From: Paludibacteraceae bacterium
GTDB lineage: Bacteria; Bacteroidota; Bacteroidia; Bacteroidales; Paludibacteraceae
Reading direction: 5' to 3'
Assembly: GCA_017464025.1 (NCBI GenBank)
Contig: JAFUEI010000024.1
Coordinates: forward strand, 13,070-77,069
Length of the DNA stretch: 64,000 nucleotides
In this document: positions 26,010 to 35,002 of the stretch, one piece after another
Layout: the number at the start of each line of letters is the position of its first letter
Position numbering within the stretch: the first letter of the stretch is position 1
Made by a program: the position numbers and the translations under genes
The notes under the pieces: model-generated
What the model was told of the DNA's origin: nothing
Database searches by the model: none
The model's input: the letters and a program-made list of their open reading frames with translations, nothing else

Positions 26010-26040
26010 TTTGCCATATCAGGAATAATTCGTATCTTTG
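26010..26040 (+). promoter_or_regulatory. Promoter (-33 TTTG / -7 TATCTTTG)
   Basis: TTTG at 26010-26013 and TATCTTTG at 26033-26040, with a 19-nt spacer. It is the only promoter-like site seen between 25993 and the mlaE/protease array. Confidence 0.55.
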
Positions 26041-26064
26041 CGGCGTTAAATATGCGAAACTGCT

Positions 26065-26178
26065 ATGACGGCTATTGCTTACAACACATTAGAAGAAAAA
26101 CGTATGGCATGGGAGCAAATGCTGAAGCAGCGCGAAGTGTGGGAGCAGCACATTGAAAGAACAAAACAAGAAAAGTAA
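26065..26178 (+). CDS. Hypothetical 37-aa ORF (TAATG-coupled to the next ORF)
   Basis: Translation: MTAIAYNTLEEKRMAWEQMLKQREVWEQHIERTKQEK. The stop TAA 26176-26178 shares its last A with the ATG at 26178. Confidence 0.15.
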   Translation: MTAIAYNTLEEKRMAWEQMLKQREVWEQHIERTKQEK

Positions 26179-26429
26179 TGCTCTGTCTGTCAGCAGAACG
26201 AATAAACACCAAAGCGCCATACAAAGTAAGTAATATTGACGATTGTTCTGTTACTTTCTCCACTGCCGATGGCATCGGGTATGATGTAGGCTTTACTAAG
26301 GACATTTTCATCTTTGATGAAGGTGCCTATTTTTGCTTTATCAGTAATCACGAAACACCCTCACATTCAGATATAAAAATCTTCCAAACCATTGCCGCCG
26401 TTTTTGAGGATTTCTTAACTGACATATAA
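26178..26429 (+). CDS. Hypothetical 83-aa protein, possibly a truncated DUF6169-like remnant
   Basis: AT-rich ORF. SVTFSTADGIGYDVGFTKD...YFCFISNHETPSHSDIKIFQTIAAVFEDFL loosely fits a small Bacteroidetes family recalled from memory. It ends 5 nt before mlaE. Confidence 0.4.
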   Translation: MLCLSAERINTKAPYKVSNIDDCSVTFSTADGIGYDVGFTKDIFIFDEGAYFCFISNHETPSHSDIKIFQTIAAVFEDFLTDI

Positions 26430-26434
26430 CCTAC

Positions 26435-27178
26435 ATGAAGAAACTATTCCAAGACATAGGCGAGTATGTGCTGCTGATGATGCGGGTGTTCCGCATGCCT
26501 GACCGGCAGCGCATGTTCTGGCGCCAGCTCTCTCACGAGTTGGACAAGCAGGGCACACAGTCGGTGCCTATCGACCTGATTATCTCTATCTTCATCGGCG
26601 CCATCATGACGATGCAGATCAAGCTCGACATGGCCAACCCCCTGCTGCCGCGCTACACCGTCGGCGTCGTCACGCGCGACACGATGCTGTTAGAGTTCAG
26701 TTCCACCATCCTCTGCCTCATCCTTGCGGGCAAGGTGGGCAGCAACATCGCCTCCGAGATAGGCACCATGCGCATCACCGAACAGATTGATGCCATGGAG
26801 ATAATGGGTGTGAACTCCGCCAACTACCTGATTCTTCCAAAGATAGTGGCCTTCATGGCGATGATGCCTATTCTGGTTATCTTCTCTGTAGGCTCCGCAC
26901 TGATAGGCGGCTACATGATGGCATTGCTGACCGACATCCTCACCGTGGATGAATACGTATATGGCATCACCTATGCGTTCATGACGTACCACGTGCCGTA
27001 TGCCATCGTCAAATCGGTGATTTACGCCTATGTGATAACGAGCGTCAGTGCCTACTACGGCTACACCACCCGCGGCGGTGCCCTGGAGGTGGGCAAAGCC
27101 AGTACGAATGCCGTTGTCAACTCCAGCGTCATCATTCTGTTCCTCGACATCTTCCTCACCAAACTCATGCTTAGCTAA
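26435..27178 (+). CDS. mlaE: MlaE-family ABC transporter permease
   Basis: 247 aa with TM-rich MlaE-like motifs (EIGTMRITEQIDAMEIMGVN). Confidence 0.88.
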   Translation: MKKLFQDIGEYVLLMMRVFRMPDRQRMFWRQLSHELDKQGTQSVPIDLIISIFIGAIMTMQIKLDMANPLLPRYTVGVVTRDTMLLEFSSTILCLILAGKVGSNIASEIGTMRITEQIDAMEIMGVNSANYLILPKIVAFMAMMPILVIFSVGSALIGGYMMALLTDILTVDEYVYGITYAFMTYHVPYAIVKSVIYAYVITSVSAYYGYTTRGGALEVGKASTNAVVNSSVIILFLDIFLTKLMLS

Positions 27179-27180
27179 TT

Positions 27181-27957
27181 ATGATTAACGTAAAGAATGT
27201 TCATAAGAGTTTTGACGGGCATGTGGTGTTAGACAACATCAGCGTGGACATGCACGACGGCCAGTGCAACATGATCATAGGTCAGTCCGGTTCGGGCAAA
27301 ACGGTGCTCATGAAGTCCATCATCGGCCTGCACACCATCGACTCCGGCCGCATCGAATACGACGGGCGCAACCTGCCCGACATGACCGAGAAAGAGGTCC
27401 GTCTGCTCCGGCGGGAAGTGGGCATGCTGTTTCAGGGAGCGGCGCTGTTTGACAGCCAGTCGGTGTTGGAGAACGTGATGTTCCCGCTTGAGATGTGGGC
27501 CAGCATGACGCGCAAAGAGATGGAAGAACGCGCCAAGTTCTGCCTCGGCCGCGTGAACATACAGGACGTGGCATGGAATTTGAGCCCTGCCGAGATAAGC
27601 GGCGGCATGCAGAAGCGCGTAGCCATTGCGCGGGCCATCTCAATGAACCCCAAATACCTCTTCTGCGACGAGCCCAATTCAGGCCTCGACCCAAAGACCA
27701 GCCTTGTCATAGACCAGTTGATACATGAAATCACAGAAGAGTTCAATATCTGCACCGTCATCAACTCGCACGACATGAACAGCATCATGGAGATAGGCGA
27801 CAACATCGTCTTCCTCAAGGAAGGCGTCATGCGCTGGAACGGCAGCCGCCACGAGATCTTCGATGCGGAGAGCCGCGACCTGCAAGACTTCGTCTTCGCC
27901 AGCGAACTCTTCAAGAAAGTACGGGCGGCCCACAAGAGCGAACGCCCTGCAGACTAA
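27181..27957 (+). CDS. mlaF: ABC transporter ATP-binding protein (MlaF-like)
   Basis: Walker A GQSGSGKT, signature ISGGMQKRVAIARA and Walker B LFCDEP. Confidence 0.88.
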   Translation: MINVKNVHKSFDGHVVLDNISVDMHDGQCNMIIGQSGSGKTVLMKSIIGLHTIDSGRIEYDGRNLPDMTEKEVRLLRREVGMLFQGAALFDSQSVLENVMFPLEMWASMTRKEMEERAKFCLGRVNIQDVAWNLSPAEISGGMQKRVAIARAISMNPKYLFCDEPNSGLDPKTSLVIDQLIHEITEEFNICTVINSHDMNSIMEIGDNIVFLKEGVMRWNGSRHEIFDAESRDLQDFVFASELFKKVRAAHKSERPAD

Positions 27958-27985
27958 CGAGAAACAACCCAAACAATCGGATATA

Positions 27986-28327
27986 ATGAAAAAGATCCTT
28001 CTCATCCTCTTTGCGGCGGCATGCTGCCTGACCGGCACCTATGCACAGCAGCCGCGCCGCGGCGTACCGGCTACGCCGCACCCCATACAATACGTGCAAC
28101 CCGACGGCGACACACTGGTATATCGCCTGCACGGTGACGAGCGCATGCACTTCCAGACTACGCTTGACGGCTACCTCATCAAGCAAAACAAGCGCGGCAA
28201 GTTCTGCTACGCCCGCTACAACAGGAAAGGTGCCATCAAGACCTACTGCAAGCAGGCACATAACAAAGAACAGCGCTCGGCCAGAGAGCAGCGCTGGGTG
28301 GAGAGAAAAGGCGTAAAGAAATACTAA
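27986..28327 (+). CDS. Small secreted protein: stand-alone copy of the N-terminal module of the M6-like peptidases
   Basis: Signal peptide MKKILLILFAAACCLTGTYA. PHPIQYVQPDGDTLVYRLHGDERMHFQTTLDGYLI parallels QYTQPDGSRLTIFVHGDETYHYTTDAEGNLL (28341 gene) and MADGTEKVLYLHGDETFHYYTDAEGN (33217 gene). It has no catalytic domain. Confidence 0.6.
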   Translation: MKKILLILFAAACCLTGTYAQQPRRGVPATPHPIQYVQPDGDTLVYRLHGDERMHFQTTLDGYLIKQNKRGKFCYARYNRKGAIKTYCKQAHNKEQRSAREQRWVERKGVKKY

Positions 28328-28340
28328 CGTTCAGCATATC

Positions 28341-31300
28341 ATGAACAGCAATACTATGATACACATGAAGAAATCACTCCTCATGGCCGCTATGCTGCTG
28401 CTGACAGCAGCCACGGCAATGGCTGTTCCGGCCAAGCCGGGACCCAGACAGTACACGCAGCCCGACGGAAGCAGGCTGACCATTTTCGTACATGGCGACG
28501 AGACGTATCACTACACCACCGATGCAGAAGGCAACCTGCTGACTCTCAATGAAGACGGTTGGTACGTCAACAGCGGTGCACAGCCCACCGGAGCCGGCAT
28601 AGCCGCCCGCCGCGCGGCGGGGCGCATTCAGCGTCCTAACCGTCCACGGCGCGTGGGCAGCGTGAACCTCGCACCGCGCGGACTCTTCATCCTCGTCAAC
28701 TTCAGCGACTCAAAGTACAAGAGCAGCAATTCGCTCAGCGAAATGGAGAAGATGCTCAACCAGAAAGGCTACAACTACAACGGTGCTCCGGGCTCGGTGA
28801 AAGACTATTTCCTCGAGCAGTCGGGCGGACAATACAACCCGCAATTTGACGTGTACGGGCCCGTCACGCTGAGCCATCCGGCTTCTTATTACGGACAGAA
28901 CACCAGCCGCGAAGACGGGTCTGACAAGCAGCCTGAGCTGATGGTGATAGAAGCCTGCCAGGCCCTTGACAGCCAGATTGACTTCACACTCTACGACGGC
29001 GACAAGGACGGCGAGATCGACTTTGTATATTGCATCTATGCCGGCAAGGGCGAAGCCGACGGTGGCGCCGCCAGCACAATATGGCCGCACCAGTGGTTTA
29101 TCAAAGACGGAGCCGGCAAATACATCCGCTTGGACGGCAAGTATCTCAACAACTACGCCTGCGGTCCCGAACTGAACGGCACCTCGGGTGAAAGAAACGG
29201 CATCGGCACGCTGTGCCACGAGTTCGGGCACGTGCTCGGACTGCCCGACTATTACGACACCAACTACGGCTCCAACTACGAAAACGGTCTCACGCCCGGC
29301 GACTGGTCTATCATGGATGCCGGCTCCTACAACAACGACGGCGTGACCCCGCCCAACTGGTCGATATACGACAAGTTCTACGTAGGCTGGTACACGCCTG
29401 CCGTCATGAACACGGCGGAAGACATCACGCTTGCCGCCGACGGCAAGACCGGCCGCTATGTCACGGCCGGCGGCAAGACCGTCAGCCCCACCACCGAGGG
29501 CGTGGCCTACTATTTCGAGAACCGCCAGCAGACCAAAGGCACATGGGACGAATATCTGCCCGGACACGGCCTCATCGTATGGCGCGTGAACTACAGCCAG
29601 AGCGTATGGGAAGAGAACGCGCCGAACGACCAGACCGGCACCACCCGCTATACCGTTGTGTCGGCCACCGGCAGCACGAAGAAGATAGGCAAAGCCTCCG
29701 ACCCCTTCCCCGGCACCGGAAAGGTGACAACCTACACCCCCGTCAGCGGCTATCCGCTCACGCAAATCACCGAGACGGGCGGCGTGATTACTTTTAAGAT
29801 GAAGGGCGGCGTTGTGCTCCACACTGTCACCTTCGACTATGGCAAGGGGACAGGCTCTCCCGCCTCGCTCAAAGAGACGCAGTCGGGCACCGGCATCACG
29901 CTTCCCGCCGCCACTGCCCCTGCCGGTTTCAGTTTTGAGGGCTGGAGCACGCAGAACGGCAGCCTTGTACCTGATGCCGGAAAGGCCGGCGATATGTACC
30001 TGCCGAAAGCCGATATCACGCTCTACGCCGTGTATATGGACGAGACGAAGGTGCTGCTCTCTTACGAGACCGAAGGTCTGGTCCTCACCAGCGGACCCCA
30101 GGCCGGACAGATAGAGAAAGGGCAACCCTTCACGGCTGTGTTCCGTGCCGCGGAGTGCTATGAGACCCTTGCGGCCGACACCTATCTGGCCGAGGTCATC
30201 TCCGGCACGACCGAACTGACCGATAGCGTTGTCAGCGTGGCCGACGGCCTGCTGAGCGTCAGCCTCACAGCGAAGCAGACGATGGCGAATGTCAGCATCA
30301 CTATCTACAACCAGCAGAAGCCGGTGGTAAAGACGCAGTTGAGCCATGCCGTATTCAGCGGAGCCGACTGTGCGGAACGCGGTGCCGCCTACACGGCCAC
30401 CCTGACTCCCGAGACGGGATGGCTGCTGGAAAAAGACGACATACAGGTTACGATGGACAATGGCGGAGAGACAACCTTCAGCTATACCGACAACACTCTC
30501 ACTGTCAATGCCGTCAGCGCCAGCCTTACGATTACGGCCACCGCCCGCCGCGATATTCCGTCGGGCACGCTCACTGTTGCGCAGGCACTGGCCATCATTG
30601 AGACCCTGCAGGAAGGCGAAGAGACCGACTACAGCGTCACCCTGCAAGGCTACATCACTGAGATACAGGAAGACTATACGGTACGCTACAAGAACGCGAC
30701 CTTCCGCATCGGCGACACCAAGGATGCTACCACGACGCTGCTGCTCTACCGCACCAAGCCCGTCAACACGTCCGACCAGACCTTCAGCACGGGCGACCAG
30801 GTGAGCGCTACCGGCGTACTCTACAAATACGTCAACAAGAGCGGAACCGTCATCCCTGAGACGGCGGCAGGCGGCACCTATACCATCTTGACCGACAATC
30901 CCGACAACCCCGATAATCCCGATAACCCTGACAATCCGGCCACGGCATGCGATGACTACAGCTACACCATGAGCAAGCAGAGCTATGCCGGCACCGGCAC
31001 CGGCATCGTCTATGGCGACTACGACTGGGAAGTAGCCGTCACTAACTTCGCCCACCTGCAATACGACACACAGAGCGACCGCGGCATGCAGTACGGAAGC
31101 AATTCCAATCCTGCCCAAAAGGTCAGCTTCACTACCTCGGAGACGGCCTCCTGTCTGATTCGAAAGGTCAGCGTCACAGCCCAGATGGCCAGCAGCGGCG
31201 ATGCCCAACTGGCCGTATATGTGAACGGTACGCAGATAGGCACGACGCAGAACCTCAGCACCACCTCCAAAGAATACACCTTCAGCCCTGCCACCCCGGT

Positions 31301-31613
31301 GAAGGGCAGTCTGGAGATACGCCTCACCAACAGCAAGAAGGCAATGTATATCAAGAGCATCGGCATCTCGTATAGTGCCACGCCCACCGCTCTTGACACG
31401 CCTGAAGACGTCTGCATCAGCACGGATGGCAACCTGCTCACGGTAGCGGGTCTGAAGCCGAACACGACTGTCAGCATCTACGACCTGAGCGGACGTCTCC
31501 GCCTGCAGGCTATGGCTGACGATGTGTTTGCCGCATCGCTGCCCGAAGGCATGTACGTGATATGCATGGAGCTGGCGGGACACCGGACTACCCGCAAACT
31601 GATAATCCGCTAA
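28341..31613 (+). CDS. M6-like zinc metallopeptidase, multidomain, T9SS cargo
   Basis: 1090 aa with zinc motif HEFGHVLGLPDYY. It has a Listeria-Bacteroides (Flg_new-like) repeat HTVTFDYGKGTG...GFSFEGWST...ITLYAVY and a (DNP)5 linker. CTD tail: VSIYDLSGRLRLQ...YVICMEL...RKLIIR. The likely start is the ATG at 28365 (MKKSLLMAAMLLL). Confidence 0.88.
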   Translation: MNSNTMIHMKKSLLMAAMLLLTAATAMAVPAKPGPRQYTQPDGSRLTIFVHGDETYHYTTDAEGNLLTLNEDGWYVNSGAQPTGAGIAARRAAGRIQRPNRPRRVGSVNLAPRGLFILVNFSDSKYKSSNSLSEMEKMLNQKGYNYNGAPGSVKDYFLEQSGGQYNPQFDVYGPVTLSHPASYYGQNTSREDGSDKQPELMVIEACQALDSQIDFTLYDGDKDGEIDFVYCIYAGKGEADGGAASTIWPHQWFIKDGAGKYIRLDGKYLNNYACGPELNGTSGERNGIGTLCHEFGHVLGLPDYYDTNYGSNYENGLTPGDWSIMDAGSYNNDGVTPPNWSIYDKFYVGWYTPAVMNTAEDITLAADGKTGRYVTAGGKTVSPTTEGVAYYFENRQQTKGTWDEYLPGHGLIVWRVNYSQSVWEENAPNDQTGTTRYTVVSATGSTKKIGKASDPFPGTGKVTTYTPVSGYPLTQITETGGVITFKMKGGVVLHTVTFDYGKGTGSPASLKETQSGTGITLPAATAPAGFSFEGWSTQNGSLVPDAGKAGDMYLPKADITLYAVYMDETKVLLSYETEGLVLTSGPQAGQIEKGQPFTAVFRAAECYETLAADTYLAEVISGTTELTDSVVSVADGLLSVSLTAKQTMANVSITIYNQQKPVVKTQLSHAVFSGADCAERGAAYTATLTPETGWLLEKDDIQVTMDNGGETTFSYTDNTLTVNAVSASLTITATARRDIPSGTLTVAQALAIIETLQEGEETDYSVTLQGYITEIQEDYTVRYKNATFRIGDTKDATTTLLLYRTKPVNTSDQTFSTGDQVSATGVLYKYVNKSGTVIPETAAGGTYTILTDNPDNPDNPDNPDNPATACDDYSYTMSKQSYAGTGTGIVYGDYDWEVAVTNFAHLQYDTQSDRGMQYGSNSNPAQKVSFTTSETASCLIRKVSVTAQMASSGDAQLAVYVNGTQIGTTQNLSTTSKEYTFSPATPVKGSLEIRLTNSKKAMYIKSIGISYSATPTALDTPEDVCISTDGNLLTVAGLKPNTTVSIYDLSGRLRLQAMADDVFAASLPEGMYVICMELAGHRTTRKLIIR
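30894..30938 (+). repeat. Five 9-nt units encoding a (DNP)5 linker
   Basis: GACAATCCC GACAACCCC GATAATCCC GATAACCCT GACAATCCG. The differences are synonymous wobble changes. Confidence 0.9.
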
Positions 31614-33188
31614 ATGAAACGCCTCTTCCTCATCGGTCTGCTGTGCACCTGTCTGGGTGCAGCTCTGGCGGCTCCCCCGCGCAGAGGCGCAGGGGTATGT
31701 CCCTACAGCCTCCATCAGGTGCAAGACGGTACCGGCATGCAGGCACCCCGCCGCATGTCGCAGCAGACCGGTGCGGTAGGACAGCAGATGCAGCCCCTGC
31801 GGGTCCCCGTCATTCTGGCCAATTTCAGCGACACCTGCTTTATGGCCATGAACGACTCGCTGGCCTATGACTCGCTCTTCAACAGCCCCCGCTACACCTA
31901 CGACGGCGCCACGGGATCCGTCCGCCAATACTTCATCGACCAGTCAGGTGGACAATACAGCCCGCAGTTTGAGGTATGGGGACCCATAACGCTCAGCCAA
32001 AGTGTTACCTACTACGGACAGAACAGCTACAAGAACGACATTCATGCGGGCGAGATGATAGCCGAAGCCTGTCTGCTGGCCAAGGAGAAATACGGCAGCC
32101 TTATCGACTTCAGCCGCTATGCGCAGGACGGTCGCACCGTTGATGCCGTGTATGTGGTGTATGCCGGCTACGGCGAGTCGGACGGCGGCAAGAACTATAC
32201 CATCTGGCCGCACAACTGGACCATCTCCGAGGCAGGCGGCACTCCACCCGTCATTGACGGCGTGAGCTTCAGCGCCTACGTATGCTCCTCCGAGTTGTTC
32301 GACGAGACGCTCTTCATCAGCGGCAGCAAACGGACATGTGTGCGCGAGGGCATCGGACTGATGTGCCATGAGTTCAGCCACGTCATGGGGTTGCCCGACC
32401 TCTACACCACCAACGGTGCCACCCACAAGACCTGGGGCGACTGGGACCTCATGGACCATGGCTGCTATAACAACAACTCCCTCACCCCGCCCTCCTATTC
32501 GGCCTACGAACGCTGGTTCATGGGCTGGCAGACCCCCGAACAGCTCAGCAAGGAAGGCGACTATACGTTGCTGCCGCTCAATCAGGAGGGAAGCAGCCTT
32601 GCCTTGACGGCCGACGGCAGCAATTGCACCGTCAGAAGCACCGACTACTACCTCTTAGAGAACCGGCAGCAGACAGGCTGGGACACATGGCTGCCCGGCC
32701 ACGGGCTGCTACTCAGCCGCGTGCGCTACTATGCCGACGCGTGGAACAGCAATTCGGTCAACAATTCCTCCCGCTCGCTGCTCATCGACCTCATCGAGGC
32801 TGACGGGCAGACGCCGGGCTACAGCTTCTACAACAGCGGATTCCTCGGCAAGCCGGGCGATCTCTTTCCTGCCGGTGCCACAGAAGTGACGCTCTACGAC
32901 CGTTTCACCCTGACCGGCATCACCGAGGCAGGCAACAACGTGCAGTTCCGCCTTATTGACAAACAGCTGACCCCCACCGAACTGGTGTCCACCGGGGACG
33001 ACCCGCTGGTGACTTATACGCAGGACGGCCTGCTACTGAGCTCGCAGCAACCTATGCAGGTACGCATCTGCACGGCTGACGGGCGCCTGTTGTGGCAGGG
33101 CCGGCTGACGACACCTGTTGCCGTCTGTCTGCCGCACGGGCTGTATCTGGTGCAGACCGCCGCTCACACCCGGAAGATTATACGCTAA
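31614..33188 (+). CDS. M6-like zinc metallopeptidase, T9SS cargo (paralog)
   Basis: 524 aa with zinc motif HEFSHVMGLPDLY. The ATG directly abuts the preceding TAA. CTD tail: VRICTADGRLLWQGRL...GLYLVQT...RKIIR. Confidence 0.85.
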   Translation: MKRLFLIGLLCTCLGAALAAPPRRGAGVCPYSLHQVQDGTGMQAPRRMSQQTGAVGQQMQPLRVPVILANFSDTCFMAMNDSLAYDSLFNSPRYTYDGATGSVRQYFIDQSGGQYSPQFEVWGPITLSQSVTYYGQNSYKNDIHAGEMIAEACLLAKEKYGSLIDFSRYAQDGRTVDAVYVVYAGYGESDGGKNYTIWPHNWTISEAGGTPPVIDGVSFSAYVCSSELFDETLFISGSKRTCVREGIGLMCHEFSHVMGLPDLYTTNGATHKTWGDWDLMDHGCYNNNSLTPPSYSAYERWFMGWQTPEQLSKEGDYTLLPLNQEGSSLALTADGSNCTVRSTDYYLLENRQQTGWDTWLPGHGLLLSRVRYYADAWNSNSVNNSSRSLLIDLIEADGQTPGYSFYNSGFLGKPGDLFPAGATEVTLYDRFTLTGITEAGNNVQFRLIDKQLTPTELVSTGDDPLVTYTQDGLLLSSQQPMQVRICTADGRLLWQGRLTTPVAVCLPHGLYLVQTAAHTRKIIR

Positions 33189-33216
33189 CACACAGTCAAT
33201 AACACAAATAACCGAT

Positions 33217-34947
33217 ATGAAGAAACACATCACACTGATTACAATGCTTTTGTGCGTGAGCATGACAGCATTGGCGGTGCCTGCCAAACGCGGCGGCATC
33301 GTGAAGACCATGGCCGACGGAACGGAGAAAGTGCTCTATCTGCACGGCGATGAGACGTTCCACTATTACACCGATGCCGAAGGCAACCGCTACACCGGCG
33401 GCACCGACGGGCGCTTCGTACAGGCCGGGCCGATGACACCCGCCACCGCCAAGGCCATGCGCAACGCCGCACCGCGCCGCATGGTGCGCAACAGCGACAC
33501 CGAGAGTCCGCTCAACCTTGCTCCGCGCGGACTGCTCATTCTTGTCAGCTTCTCCGATGTGAGTTTCTCCACCTCCGAAGCCGAAATCGACTCGATGCTC
33601 AACGGCAGCAACTACAGCCGCGAATACACCTACCGCTACCAGCGCAAGAACTACACCGTCAAGGCCGAAGGCAGCGCCAAACAGTACTTCAAGGAGCAAT
33701 CGGGCGGACAGTATGTGCCCCACTTCGATATTGTGGGTCCTGTAACGGTCAGCCGAGAGCAGAGCTACTACGGACAGAACGACGAGTACTACAACCAGGA
33801 CATGTATGCCGAGGAACTGCTTGTGGAGGCCTGCCAGATTGCCGATGAGAAATTCGGCGTTGACTTCACGCAGTACGACTGCAACGACGACGGACAGATA
33901 GACTTCGTATATATGCTCTATGCCGGCTATGGCGAAGCCGACGGCGGCGAAGACTACACCATCTGGCCGCACAGCTACAGCCTGCAGGAGAACTACTACC
34001 TGAGCAAGCGCAAGTATGGAAAAGGCAAGGCCAAAGTCTATCTTGACGGCAAACTGCTCAACCGGTACGCCTGCAGCAACGAGCTGAACTCCGGCAGCAA
34101 ACAATACAACGGCATCGGCACCATCTGCCACGAGTTCAGCCACGTGCTCGGCTTGCCCGACCTCTACGACACCGGCACCTACGATGCCTCCGGCAACACC
34201 ACCTATCATCACCAGAAACTGCTCGGCAACTGGGACATTCTGGATGCCGGCCCCTACAACAACGACGGCAACACGCCGCCTGCCTATTCGGCCTACGAGC
34301 GCTTCTTCATGGGATGGCTCACCCCCGAAATCATCAGCGAACAAACCGGCGGACACTATACGCTGGAAGACCTCAAGACCTCCCACAAAGCCTACCTGCT
34401 CACCCCGAGCGGACAGCACAACCTCATCGGCAACGACCCCGACCCCGCCTATTTCCTGCTACTCGAGAACCGCCAGCAGACAGGCTGGGACACCTACCTG
34501 CCCTGGCACGGCATGCTCCTGACGAAGATAGCCTACAATGCCGACAACTGGGCGAACAACATGGTCAACAACTATGCCGACAACTTGGGCGTGGACCTGT
34601 TGGAGGCCGACAACCTCGCACCGGCAGAGGAGTATGACGAGTACTATCAGGACTGGTATCCGCAGGACGGCACCTACGGCAAGCCCGGCGATGCGTTCCC
34701 CACGGGTGCCACCAACTACAGGATGTCGTTCTTCTCAATGTACAACATCGAAGAGAACGACGCCGTCATCAGTTTTGACATCAACGTACGCACCGCGCTG
34801 GACGACCTGCTCGATGCCGGCGAACAGGTACTGGACATCTACGACCTGCTGGGCAACCGGCAGCCCGTTCACGCCGCAGGCAGCCTGCCCCGAGGCGTGT
34901 ATATCGTCCGCACCAACCGCACCGTCAAAAAGATATATATCCAATAA
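33217..34947 (+). CDS. M6-like zinc metallopeptidase, T9SS cargo (paralog)
   Basis: Zinc motif HEFSHVLGLPDLY and signal peptide MKKHITLITMLLCVSMTALA. CTD tail: VLDIYDLLGNRQ...GVYIVRTNRTVKKIYIQ. The ORF track start at 33118 overlaps the previous gene. Confidence 0.85.
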   Translation: MKKHITLITMLLCVSMTALAVPAKRGGIVKTMADGTEKVLYLHGDETFHYYTDAEGNRYTGGTDGRFVQAGPMTPATAKAMRNAAPRRMVRNSDTESPLNLAPRGLLILVSFSDVSFSTSEAEIDSMLNGSNYSREYTYRYQRKNYTVKAEGSAKQYFKEQSGGQYVPHFDIVGPVTVSREQSYYGQNDEYYNQDMYAEELLVEACQIADEKFGVDFTQYDCNDDGQIDFVYMLYAGYGEADGGEDYTIWPHSYSLQENYYLSKRKYGKGKAKVYLDGKLLNRYACSNELNSGSKQYNGIGTICHEFSHVLGLPDLYDTGTYDASGNTTYHHQKLLGNWDILDAGPYNNDGNTPPAYSAYERFFMGWLTPEIISEQTGGHYTLEDLKTSHKAYLLTPSGQHNLIGNDPDPAYFLLLENRQQTGWDTYLPWHGMLLTKIAYNADNWANNMVNNYADNLGVDLLEADNLAPAEEYDEYYQDWYPQDGTYGKPGDAFPTGATNYRMSFFSMYNIEENDAVISFDINVRTALDDLLDAGEQVLDIYDLLGNRQPVHAAGSLPRGVYIVRTNRTVKKIYIQ

Positions 34948-35002
34948 CCGCCTCCTCGGTTCAACAATTCAACAGTTCCACACTTCATCAGTTCCACATG
35001 AA
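34948..35002 (+). repeat. G-poor CA-rich spacer (TTCAACAATTCAACAGTTCCACACTTCATCAGTTCCACA)
   Basis: Same unit family as 22179-22233. It lies directly upstream of the xth ATG. Confidence 0.8.

Noticed and set aside
30894-30938. Regularly spaced 9-nt repeats that might look like a mini repeat array
   Set aside because: They lie in-frame inside the protease CDS and encode a (DNP)5 inter-domain linker with synonymous variation. There are no spacers and no cas genes, so this is not a CRISPR array.
34538-35002. N-terminal 155-codon extension of the xth ORF, and similar extensions at 22087 (murG), 33118, 37417, 41322, 49315, 50400, 52056 and 57123
   Set aside because: The extensions overlap the preceding gene in another frame or run through promoters and spacers. 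Internal ATGs that restore canonical N-termini or signal peptides were used instead.
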